This document shows, in pieces, positions 17,492 through 25,409 of a DNA stretch of 26,047 bases (the stretch's first letter is position 1; the number at the start of each line of letters is the position of its first letter). The translations under genes were made by a program, and so were the position numbers. The notes under the pieces are model-generated. The model was not told the DNA's origin. It ran no database searches and worked only from the letters and a program-made list of their open reading frames with translations. Source of the DNA: an uncultured Pirellulales bacterium (GTDB taxonomy: Bacteria > Planctomycetota > Phycisphaerae > Sedimentisphaerales > Anaerobacaceae); contig CAZTWR010000001.1 in the NCBI GenBank assembly GCA_964618055.1, forward strand, positions 1 through 26,047, given 5' to 3'.

Positions 17492-17725
17492 GTGGATAAG
17501 AAGAAGGTAATCAGAAATACACTGCTGCTTTTTATAGGGATATTAATATTCATCTTTTTGATAGTACTTAAACTCGACCTTTCAAGTTTTGTCTCGACAG
17601 TCTCTGAAAAGATTTCAGGGCAATTTTATATCCTCATATCTTTGTTGATTATACGCCAGCTTATTTTCCGCTCGTTTAGATTCAATCTGCTTCACAAAAA
17701 ACCCCAGCGATTATTCGCACCGTAA
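17492..17725 (+). pseudogene. Probable N-terminal fragment of a second UPF0104 flippase-like gene
   Basis: 77 aa: basic N-terminus, TM, LDLSSF, TM, FRSFRFNLL. This layout parallels the first ~55 aa of 6777..7742, then stops; no continuation seen downstream. Confidence 0.5.
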
Positions 17726-17828
17726 ATTCCATCCGGCTGACTTTATGGCCAAGAACGTTCAAGCTTTTCAAAAATTCCTTGCAAAATCAATATAAGCCCT
17801 GCCCTTGCGATATCTAACTGGAAATTTC

Positions 17829-17856
17829 TTGCTCAATGACGTTTTTCTGTTAAAAT
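17829..17856 (+). promoter_or_regulatory. Putative sigma70 promoter (extended -10) for the DUF1573-cytochrome-gspC unit
   Basis: TTGCTC (17829-17834), 16-nt spacer ending TGT, TAAAAT (17851-17856). Confidence 0.5.
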
Positions 17857-17912
17857 GAAGGCTTTTGTGAACGAACTATAAATTGTATCGTAATTTGATT
17901 GGAGATGAGAAT

Positions 17913-19019
17913 ATGAAACGCAATTGTTTGATTTTAACTGTCCTTATTGTTGCTTCTGCTTGCCTTTTGCAGATTGGCTGTGAAGAGCAGACTGTGGCGA
18001 CGGAGGGGGCTAAACCTGAGTTAACAGCAGCCGAGCCGGCGGCTGGTTCGGTAAAAGCTGAAACTGCCCCTGAAGCTGATGAACAGGGCCCGAAAATTGC
18101 GTTTGAAAAAGTGGTTCACGATTTCGGCGACATCGGGCCGGGAACAAAAAATGTCTGTGAGTTTAAATTTACAAACACAGGGGATAGTTTGTTGAAAATA
18201 ACAAAGGTTAGCAAGACCTGTGGCTGTACGCCATATACCCTGGCGAAAAAGGAATATGAAGCGGGCGAGAGCGGGACCTTGAAAGTGAAGTACAATGCGA
18301 GTAAACGGCCCGGCTCGATAAGGAAACATCTGTTTGTATCCAGCAACGATGAGGCGAAGTCCAGGGTTGAACTGGTCGTAAAGGCCAAGATTGTAGCGAA
18401 AATTGATTACCAGCCGAAGAGACTTGACCTTTCGCTTAGCAAGGAAAACGCCGGTTGTTCGGCGATTACGATTAGAAGTGTTGATGGCAAGCCATTTTCG
18501 ATAAAGCGGTTCAAGACAACTGGGCAGTCCAAATCGACAGAAAAGGCCATAACTGCTGATTATGATTCTTCAGTGGAAGCAACGGAATTTGTTCTTCAAC
18601 CGAAAGTCAATATAGAAAAACTGCGAAAAGGATTGAATGGGCGTATCGAAATTACTCTGACTCATCCAGAAAGTGGTGTAGTCGCTATCCCATTTAAAGT
18701 GCTGCCGAGATTTAAAATTACTCCACCGACCCTTATTATTTACAAGGCTGAACCGGAAAAGCCGGTAACAAAGGAGGTCTGGATACTCAGCAACTATGAT
18801 GAGGAGTTCGAGGTTGAGTCGACATCAACGCGAAAAGGTATTATAAAGGTTTTGAGCCAGGAAAAGATTGATAATCGTTGTAAGTTTGAGCTGGAGATAA
18901 CGCCTCCGGCTACTAAGGGAGGTCGAAGAAGCTTTTTCACAGATGTGTTTTTTGTGAATATAAAAGGCGGTGAGAAACTAAAGGTTACCTGCCGAGTATT
19001 CTATTTAAAAAAATCGTAG
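17913..19019 (+). CDS. DUF1573 (Ig-like) domain lipoprotein
   Basis: ATG 17913 with GGAG at 17901-17904; signal peptide with lipobox-like LQIGC; HDFG...FKFTNTGDSLLKITKVSKTCGCT...PG-like GESGTLKVKY; further beta-rich repeats. Confidence 0.8.
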   Translation: MKRNCLILTVLIVASACLLQIGCEEQTVATEGAKPELTAAEPAAGSVKAETAPEADEQGPKIAFEKVVHDFGDIGPGTKNVCEFKFTNTGDSLLKITKVSKTCGCTPYTLAKKEYEAGESGTLKVKYNASKRPGSIRKHLFVSSNDEAKSRVELVVKAKIVAKIDYQPKRLDLSLSKENAGCSAITIRSVDGKPFSIKRFKTTGQSKSTEKAITADYDSSVEATEFVLQPKVNIEKLRKGLNGRIEITLTHPESGVVAIPFKVLPRFKITPPTLIIYKAEPEKPVTKEVWILSNYDEEFEVESTSTRKGIIKVLSQEKIDNRCKFELEITPPATKGGRRSFFTDVFFVNIKGGEKLKVTCRVFYLKKS

Positions 19020-19090
19020 AAATCATCCCCGTACTAATATTGAGCTTGGGCTCACACATATATTGGTAGGGGATAAAGCTGACTTGGCAT

Positions 19091-20515
19091 ATGATGCGAT
19101 TAGTAAGTTGCGTTTGTGTGTTAGTGATGGGGGCTTTGTCTATATTGGTTATGTCGGCAAAGTCGGCCCATAAGACCACCCCTTCCTTTTGCAATAAGTC
19201 GCAAGATGGGAACCCGGCTGATGTTCTTACGGTTTTTCTAACCGGCAATGAACTTGGTGCATTGAAGCCCTGTGGCTGTTCCGGCGGACAACTTGGGGGA
19301 CTTGACAGACGTTCGGAGGTCTTCAATAGCGTGCCTGCGTCCAAACGGTTGATTGTGGATACGGGCTCGTTTGTAGAAGGTGATGGTGAGCAAGATTTAA
19401 TCAAGTTCAAAATATTAATTCAGGCGTTTAGTCTGCTCGATTACGATTTGGTCAACCTGAACGAAAAAGACATTGAGATAGCTGAAAATCTTGGACTGCT
19501 GGAGAGTATCGGCTCTGTTTTTAATGTTATAAGTTTTCAAAGCGGTGCTGAAGCGGATGTGCCCAGCCCCTTAGAGGGGCGGGACGTGCCAACAAAATTC
19601 ACAAAACAGTTTTCGCTAAAAGAAGGAATTGTAGCTGCGACAGTTGCGGCCTTTGATGCGGAATCCGCGGGGGACTCCAAAGCCGATAAATCGGCTTTGG
19701 AAACCTCGCTAATAGAGCAAATCGGTGGACTTTTTACCCCCAGGACCGATGTGCAAACGGTTAACATCCTCATCCTAAACCATTGTGATACTTCCGTTAT
19801 TGGTTCTGTTGCGGAGATGGGAATTGTGGATTGCCTGGTTTGTCCGGCTGAATCTGATGAGGCGGAGGTAATTGGCGACCCAAATAAAAAACCTTTGGTT
19901 GTCTCTGTAGGTAGATACGGGAAATATGTGGGCAAATTGGAAATAAGCTATACCGACATTTGGAGCAAGAGATTTCATTTTTCTGCTGTGCCGGTTACAG
20001 AAGAGCTGCCACAGGAAGAGTCTCTTGTTGAATTGTACAAGGTCTACCAGCAGCTTGTTAAAGAGGAGGACCTTTTGGAGAAACAGCTGCGTTTTTCTTT
20101 ACCGAATGGTTTGAAATATACCGGCTCGGAATCCTGTAAGCTCTGTCACGATTACGAATATGAAAAGTGGAGCGCCAAAGTCCATGCGCACGCTTATGCG
20201 ACGCTTGAAAAGGTCGGCTCCCAGTTCGACCCTGAGTGTATTGTATGCCATGTGGTTGGCTTTGAGTATGAAAGCGGTTTTATTTCCGAAGGGAAAACCG
20301 ACTATTTGAAAAACGTTGGCTGTGAGAGCTGCCATGGTCCAGGCTCAGAACATATCCGAACTTTGGGGAAAGCCGGGACTACTGGGCCGATGTTAGATTG
20401 CGGAGATTGCCACACACCCGAGCAAAGTGCCGACTACGCGGGGAATGAGCAACTTTATTTGGAAAAAATAGTTCATTGGAGGGAACCAAATGTTGTCGGT
20501 GATGTCAAAGAATAA
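19091..20515 (+). CDS. Exported tetraheme c-type cytochrome (c554-like) with an N-terminal degenerate 5'-nucleotidase/metallophosphoesterase-like domain
   Basis: N-terminal hydrophobic signal; TGNELGALKPCGCSGGQLGGL, VDTGSF; four CxxCH motifs: CKLCH (20135), CIVCH (20237), CESCH (20321), CGDCH (20399). Confidence 0.85.
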   Translation: MMRLVSCVCVLVMGALSILVMSAKSAHKTTPSFCNKSQDGNPADVLTVFLTGNELGALKPCGCSGGQLGGLDRRSEVFNSVPASKRLIVDTGSFVEGDGEQDLIKFKILIQAFSLLDYDLVNLNEKDIEIAENLGLLESIGSVFNVISFQSGAEADVPSPLEGRDVPTKFTKQFSLKEGIVAATVAAFDAESAGDSKADKSALETSLIEQIGGLFTPRTDVQTVNILILNHCDTSVIGSVAEMGIVDCLVCPAESDEAEVIGDPNKKPLVVSVGRYGKYVGKLEISYTDIWSKRFHFSAVPVTEELPQEESLVELYKVYQQLVKEEDLLEKQLRFSLPNGLKYTGSESCKLCHDYEYEKWSAKVHAHAYATLEKVGSQFDPECIVCHVVGFEYESGFISEGKTDYLKNVGCESCHGPGSEHIRTLGKAGTTGPMLDCGDCHTPEQSADYAGNEQLYLEKIVHWREPNVVGDVKE

Positions 20516-20534
20516 GGAGACCTGGAAGACTAAT

Positions 20535-21482
20535 ATGATAAAGACATTGCGGATAACAAGTATTATAGCGGTGATTTTAGCGGTTGTTTTTTTTGTTTTT
20601 CCTGCGGTTTTTGGTGTTCGTGGCGATGAACAGATCGAGCAATTTTTGAATTCTGCTGGCGTGATAGAGAAATTCAACGAGGCGCGGGGTGATAAAGTCA
20701 AGGATAGCCGCCAGGAAATCTCACCACTTGTGAAGCAGGCAGAGGCTTTTGCGTTGTATTTGAATCCACCCCCTAAGCCAAAGGCAAAATCTTCGGTGTC
20801 TCGTAGTAAACCCAGCCCCAGGGGGTCTGTTTCACCTAAATTTAAGCTTGTTGGTACCAGTCGTTATGCGTTACACCCGGAGTTGTCGCTGGCCTTGATT
20901 GACGAGCCTGGCAAGGGCTTGCGCTGGATAAGACAATTCAGCAAGGTGGGCCATTTAATTATTGAGCAGGTAAAAGACGGTCTTGTGGTTGTTCAAGACG
21001 GCAAAAGGACTTTCGAACTTGTTGCGGAAAGGCCGGAAAAAAGAAGTCTTCTTAAGAAGGACTCATCATCCGGTGCCAGCATTAGCAGCAGAAAGTCTCG
21101 GGGGATAGGCTCTGAAGTTCAGATGAACGCCGAAGAAAAAGCAGCGTTAGCGAAAGAGGCGGAAGCCGAGGGGAAAAAGGCCTTAGCTGAGCTGAATACC
21201 TTGCTACTTGAACTTGGAATGGAAGATTTTCAGATGGATGTTGAACCTGACGAAGCTAATTTGGCCCCTAAGGATGAGGAAATTGTGGCAGTGAGGAACC
21301 GTGAGACTATGCGTATAAGTGCCAGAGAAGCAGGGAGACTAGGCCGTTTGGGCCGAAGATTGAAGAACGTTCGGCGGCGGGCTCCTAATCGGGTCGAAGA
21401 CGATGGAACTGAAGGTGATGCAAACTTGATTGAACCAAGCTTGAATGTCATGGACTTGAATGATGTGAATAGTCCGGGATAA
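20535..21482 (+). CDS. Type II secretion GspC-like inner-membrane protein
   Basis: N-terminal TM, Pro/Ser/Lys linker, HR-like domain FKLVGT...LALIDEPGKG...IEQVKDGLVVV, charged tail; upstream of gspD. Start uncertain (20490, 20502 or 20535). Confidence 0.55.
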   Translation: MIKTLRITSIIAVILAVVFFVFPAVFGVRGDEQIEQFLNSAGVIEKFNEARGDKVKDSRQEISPLVKQAEAFALYLNPPPKPKAKSSVSRSKPSPRGSVSPKFKLVGTSRYALHPELSLALIDEPGKGLRWIRQFSKVGHLIIEQVKDGLVVVQDGKRTFELVAERPEKRSLLKKDSSSGASISSRKSRGIGSEVQMNAEEKAALAKEAEAEGKKALAELNTLLLELGMEDFQMDVEPDEANLAPKDEEIVAVRNRETMRISAREAGRLGRLGRRLKNVRRRAPNRVEDDGTEGDANLIEPSLNVMDLNDVNSPG

Positions 21483-22017
21483 GGATAGTCCCTGCTCGCC
21501 GCACGCAAAAAGGCCGATATTAGCTGTTAGCTCTCCGTAAGTCCGCTTGGGGACGCCTAAGAGCGGAGTCCCTATGACTGCCACAGGTAGCGGAGAAGAC
21601 AGTAGCCATTTAATTCCAGCCTCCCTAAAGACGTTACACCTGATTAAGGGGTACTGAGTCTTGCTTATTTGTTTTTATTGTGCTTTTATTATTTTTCTGG
21701 TTTTTGCCAATAGATAGCAGGTCCTATTTTGCGGGTTTCCAAACGCAAGAAGAGGTGGTTGAGCCCCCTGCAAAATAAGTCGCAAAATGGGAGTTCTCAG
21801 CAAATTCTTAGCTGAAAATAAGGAACTTTTTGACGTTTTCTGTGTCTGAATTAGTATGGTGGGTATTCGAGGTGGTCGAAGTTGGAGACTTAAGCGAGTA
21901 TTTACGTAAGGGCTTATGAAAAAAGGGCTTATTTTAGTAGCTTTCAGCACGATGTCCGATAAGTACTGAGACTTGTAGATATGTAGATTTTTAGATTGGT
22001 GAACTACGGAGTAAATT

Positions 22018-25000
22018 ATGGTGGTAGAGCGGCAATTTCAAAGCCGTGGTAAGGCAAAAGTTTTTATTTGGGCAGTAATTTTTGTTCTGAGCGGCAGTTG
22101 TCTTTTTGCTGTGGAGCGAGGGGCTGCTTCTGGGGCTGCGCGGTACAGGGTTTTTCCCTTAAAACACATATCAGCTGAGCAAGGCAAAAAATATCTTGCT
22201 GAGGCCGGGGTCGGCACGGTTTCGCAGCTTCCTGGTCTCGATACGCTTTTGGTAACGGCTCAACCTCAGGGGTTGATTAAAGCAAGCGCTATTTTGGAGC
22301 TTGTTGATGCTGAGGAGCTTTTTTGTATAAAAGCGGTTTTTCCTGCCTCAGAGGTCGAAAATCTTCCCCCTAATGAGCAAATAGCAACTGAGGTTGGTGA
22401 TATATCGATAGGGACCTTCTCTAATCCGCCAACCGGCGCTGCAAAGGCTAAAGCAATTATAGACGTTCACAATGATGCTGTAATAGCTGTTGCTCCAGCT
22501 GGGCAGCTTGAAAGGATTATTTCTGCTATTGAACAGTTGCGGAGCACTGAAGCGCAAGCTCTGCGAGACTCCGAGCCGGACAAATTAGTTGAGAGGGATG
22601 AGGCAAGTGAAGGGGAAGCGGAAATAGAAACAATCACAGAGGCTGAGATTAAAAGAGCAGAGGGGGAGGCAGAGGCAGAGCTTAAAAAGTTAGCCGCTTC
22701 TTTTGAACCTGGCGGTCAGGCCGATGAAGGAGACGACGAATCGGATAGGCTTTTCAATAAACTTCTCAGATCGATTGCCGATGCTGAGAAGGGTCCCATT
22801 TTGCAAAAAGAAGGCGAGATGGAGCCCCAAAGGAAGACGGCTGAGGCTCAACAACTGAGCCAACCAAATACTGTTGCAGCTGTACCGGATGCAAAGGGGC
22901 CGAATGAGCCTTCCGTTGGTTTGAAGCAAACAGAAGAATCAGCTCAGGCTACTAAAGAACCGCAGTCCGCAGTCCCAGGGACTCCTTACGGAGGACACCT
23001 TACGGTGGAACCGAATTTAGCTGACGAGGAATCGGAACCGAATCTTGAGCCGGTTTCGAAAATCCATTCATACGAGCCGCCACCAATTGCCGGTGGGAAT
23101 GCAATGCTTGAGCTGGATTTGCCCGAGAAGCTTAATATCATAGATTTGTTGGATTTGGTAGGTAAGTATTTACAACTGGACTATATGTATGATGAAACCG
23201 AGGTGAAAGGCGAAGTTGCACTGAGGCTTCAAGGACCTATCAAGATAAAGGATTTATATCCTCTGCTTGAATCTGTGCTGAAGTTCAAAGGCTTTGTGAT
23301 GACTCGCAGAGGCAATCTTGTAACCATTGTCCCTGCTGATGAAGCTGTGAGTATTGACCCTATTTTACACCCTGAAGCGGGTGAGATTCAGCTTGGGGAT
23401 GTAATTATAACCCGTGTCTTTAGGCTGAAGCATATAGACACAGCTAGTGCACAGAATCTTTTGGCTGGTATGGAGCTTGGCGCAGACGTCACGCCGATTC
23501 CCGAAACAGGAACGCTTATCGTTACTGGATACGCCTACCGTATGGCACGCGTAGAGGAACTTTTGCAAATGGTCGACAAGCCGGGTGAGCCGAGGCAATT
23601 CAGGTTCAGGCAGTTAAAATACACGATGGCCACAACGCTTGCTCCGAAAATTAAGACGCTTGCCGAGCAGTTAGGAACTGTATCAGTTACTATTGCAGCA
23701 CCTTCACCAGCGCCACCAGCTAGGCCTACCAGGAGGCGACCTATGCCTGGGGCACCCACACCATCTGCGCCGGCTAAACCGGCTGTGTACCTGGATGCCG
23801 ACGAAAGAACGAACCGCATCCTGATGATAGGGCTTGAGGAGCAATTGAGTATTGTTGATGCTTTGATAGATGCTCTTGATGTTGAACAGCAGGACCTTCG
23901 GTCTCTGCGATTATATGATATCCAGCATGTTGGAGCCGAGGAAGTGGTGGAAAAGCTGGGAGAGCTTGGCATAATTGGCGGTGGTGGTCGGATAACCAGG
24001 AGGACTTCTGCTGCGGCCAAGTCCGCCCCTGGGTCTGCAGTGGAGGCTCTTGTGGAAGAACCCCAAGTGGTGGTAATTGAGTCAACGAATTCGCTTTTGG
24101 TAAATGCCACGGCGGAGCAGCACATCCAGATAGCTACAATTATCAGCTATGTGGACAGTGTGACCCTCGAGCAGGCAATACCCTATGTAACTTATCCACT
24201 TGAAAACCAGGACCCAGCGAATTTGGCGGAAGTTCTGCAGAAACTTATTCATGAGACTGTCAAAGACAAAGAAGGCAAGATTGAAAGAACAATAAGGAGA
24301 ATAGAAGAAGACATCGTCATCGTTCCTGATGAAAGCACTTTTTCAATAATTGTTTATGCCAGCAAGAAAAATCAGGAGTGGATAGGGAATTTAATAAAGC
24401 AATTGGATAAGAGAAGACCGCAGGTCCTGATTGATGTCTCACTTGTCGAAATAACCAAAGAGGAAGAGTTTGAGTATGATTTGAGCCTTTTGGCTAATGC
24501 AACAGGAGACCTTGTAAGGGACAATATTGCCATAATGGGGGGGGGCTCACTGCCAGTGGATGCTGGTGGACGCAGCATAATCGAAGCCGGATTTGATCTG
24601 CTTGATAGTGAAGGGACTCCTACCAAGAGAGTCAAGGGTTTCTATAACGAGGGTCGAATCCAAGCACTTTTCGACGCTATAGATAAGAAAGGTTACGGCC
24701 GAATCCTCGCCCGGCCCAAAGTCCTGGTCAATGATAATGAAGAAGGGCTAATAAAAACTACCGAGAAAACCCATGTCTCTGAGAGTACTACAAGCTACAC
24801 AAGCGAAGGTATTCCAATTACCACGTCAAAGTTTGTTCCTTATGAAGCCAAGATTGAGTTAGCCATTACTCCAAATATCAGTGAAGGCGATTTGCTGCGT
24901 CTTGAAATTAATATGCTTCGTGAAGACTTTCAGAGAAAAGAAGAAGGCCCTCCTGATTATACAACAAGCAATGTAGCCACAATTGTTACTGTCCCTGATG

Positions 25001-25323
25001 GCAGTACTATCATTCTCGGCGGCCTGACAAAACTAAAGCAAGCAAAAGCTGGAAGCAAAGTGCCCTTGTTGGGTGATGTCCCGCTCGTCGGAGGATTATT
25101 CAGGACCGTTGCCAACAGTGATAAGGCAAGTAAGCTCTATATCTTTGTTAAAGCCAACATCCTGCGACCTGAGGAGACTGTTGGTCTTGCGCAACTTCAG
25201 CGAATCTCTGAGAGAAACAGGGCCGCTTTTGAGGAGGCTGAACGCCGTTTCCAGGAATACGAGAGTATTCCAGGGGCAGAGCCGGAGCCGATGGAACCGC
25301 TGCGTGTCCTTGAGGCAGAATAA
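22018..25323 (+). CDS. gspD: Type II secretion secretin GspD, enlarged (1101 aa)
   Basis: N0 (NIIDLLDLVGKYLQLDY), repeated N domains (TRVFRLKHID, FRQLKY, LYDIQH, TYPLENQDP), RRPQVLIDV, ITPNIS, IILGGL, KVPLLGDVPLVGGLFR, LYIFVKANIL. Confidence 0.93.
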   Translation: MVVERQFQSRGKAKVFIWAVIFVLSGSCLFAVERGAASGAARYRVFPLKHISAEQGKKYLAEAGVGTVSQLPGLDTLLVTAQPQGLIKASAILELVDAEELFCIKAVFPASEVENLPPNEQIATEVGDISIGTFSNPPTGAAKAKAIIDVHNDAVIAVAPAGQLERIISAIEQLRSTEAQALRDSEPDKLVERDEASEGEAEIETITEAEIKRAEGEAEAELKKLAASFEPGGQADEGDDESDRLFNKLLRSIADAEKGPILQKEGEMEPQRKTAEAQQLSQPNTVAAVPDAKGPNEPSVGLKQTEESAQATKEPQSAVPGTPYGGHLTVEPNLADEESEPNLEPVSKIHSYEPPPIAGGNAMLELDLPEKLNIIDLLDLVGKYLQLDYMYDETEVKGEVALRLQGPIKIKDLYPLLESVLKFKGFVMTRRGNLVTIVPADEAVSIDPILHPEAGEIQLGDVIITRVFRLKHIDTASAQNLLAGMELGADVTPIPETGTLIVTGYAYRMARVEELLQMVDKPGEPRQFRFRQLKYTMATTLAPKIKTLAEQLGTVSVTIAAPSPAPPARPTRRRPMPGAPTPSAPAKPAVYLDADERTNRILMIGLEEQLSIVDALIDALDVEQQDLRSLRLYDIQHVGAEEVVEKLGELGIIGGGGRITRRTSAAAKSAPGSAVEALVEEPQVVVIESTNSLLVNATAEQHIQIATIISYVDSVTLEQAIPYVTYPLENQDPANLAEVLQKLIHETVKDKEGKIERTIRRIEEDIVIVPDESTFSIIVYASKKNQEWIGNLIKQLDKRRPQVLIDVSLVEITKEEEFEYDLSLLANATGDLVRDNIAIMGGGSLPVDAGGRSIIEAGFDLLDSEGTPTKRVKGFYNEGRIQALFDAIDKKGYGRILARPKVLVNDNEEGLIKTTEKTHVSESTTSYTSEGIPITTSKFVPYEAKIELAITPNISEGDLLRLEINMLREDFQRKEEGPPDYTTSNVATIVTVPDGSTIILGGLTKLKQAKAGSKVPLLGDVPLVGGLFRTVANSDKASKLYIFVKANILRPEETVGLAQLQRISERNRAAFEEAERRFQEYESIPGAEPEPMEPLRVLEAE

Positions 25324-25334
25324 GAAAATAGGGC

Positions 25335-25404
25335 AGGGGCAACACTGTGTGGTTGCCCTAATTTCCGCGTTCCAAAAGGGCAGGCACATAAGCCTGCCCC
25401 TACA
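25335..25404. repeat. Inverted pair of GTAG-family REP-like palindromes (REPIN-like)
   Basis: Stem GGGCAAC/GTTGCCC (25337-25343/25352-25358), 18-nt spacer, stem GGGCAGGC/GCCTGCCC (25378-25385/25392-25399) followed by CTAC (GTAG on the minus strand). Confidence 0.7.
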
Positions 25405-25409
25405 ATGTT

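Noticed and set aside
17700-17765. Possible ncRNA or terminator after the flippase fragment
   Set aside because: Only a 4-bp GCGA/TCGC hairpin; no match to tRNA, tmRNA, SRP or RNase P landmarks that I can recognise.
21530-21600. Calling this a c-di-GMP-I riboswitch, or an H-type pseudoknot
   Set aside because: The GGCAAA and GNRA/receptor elements are missing, and the pseudoknot would need a zero-length loop 3; kept only as an unassigned structured candidate.
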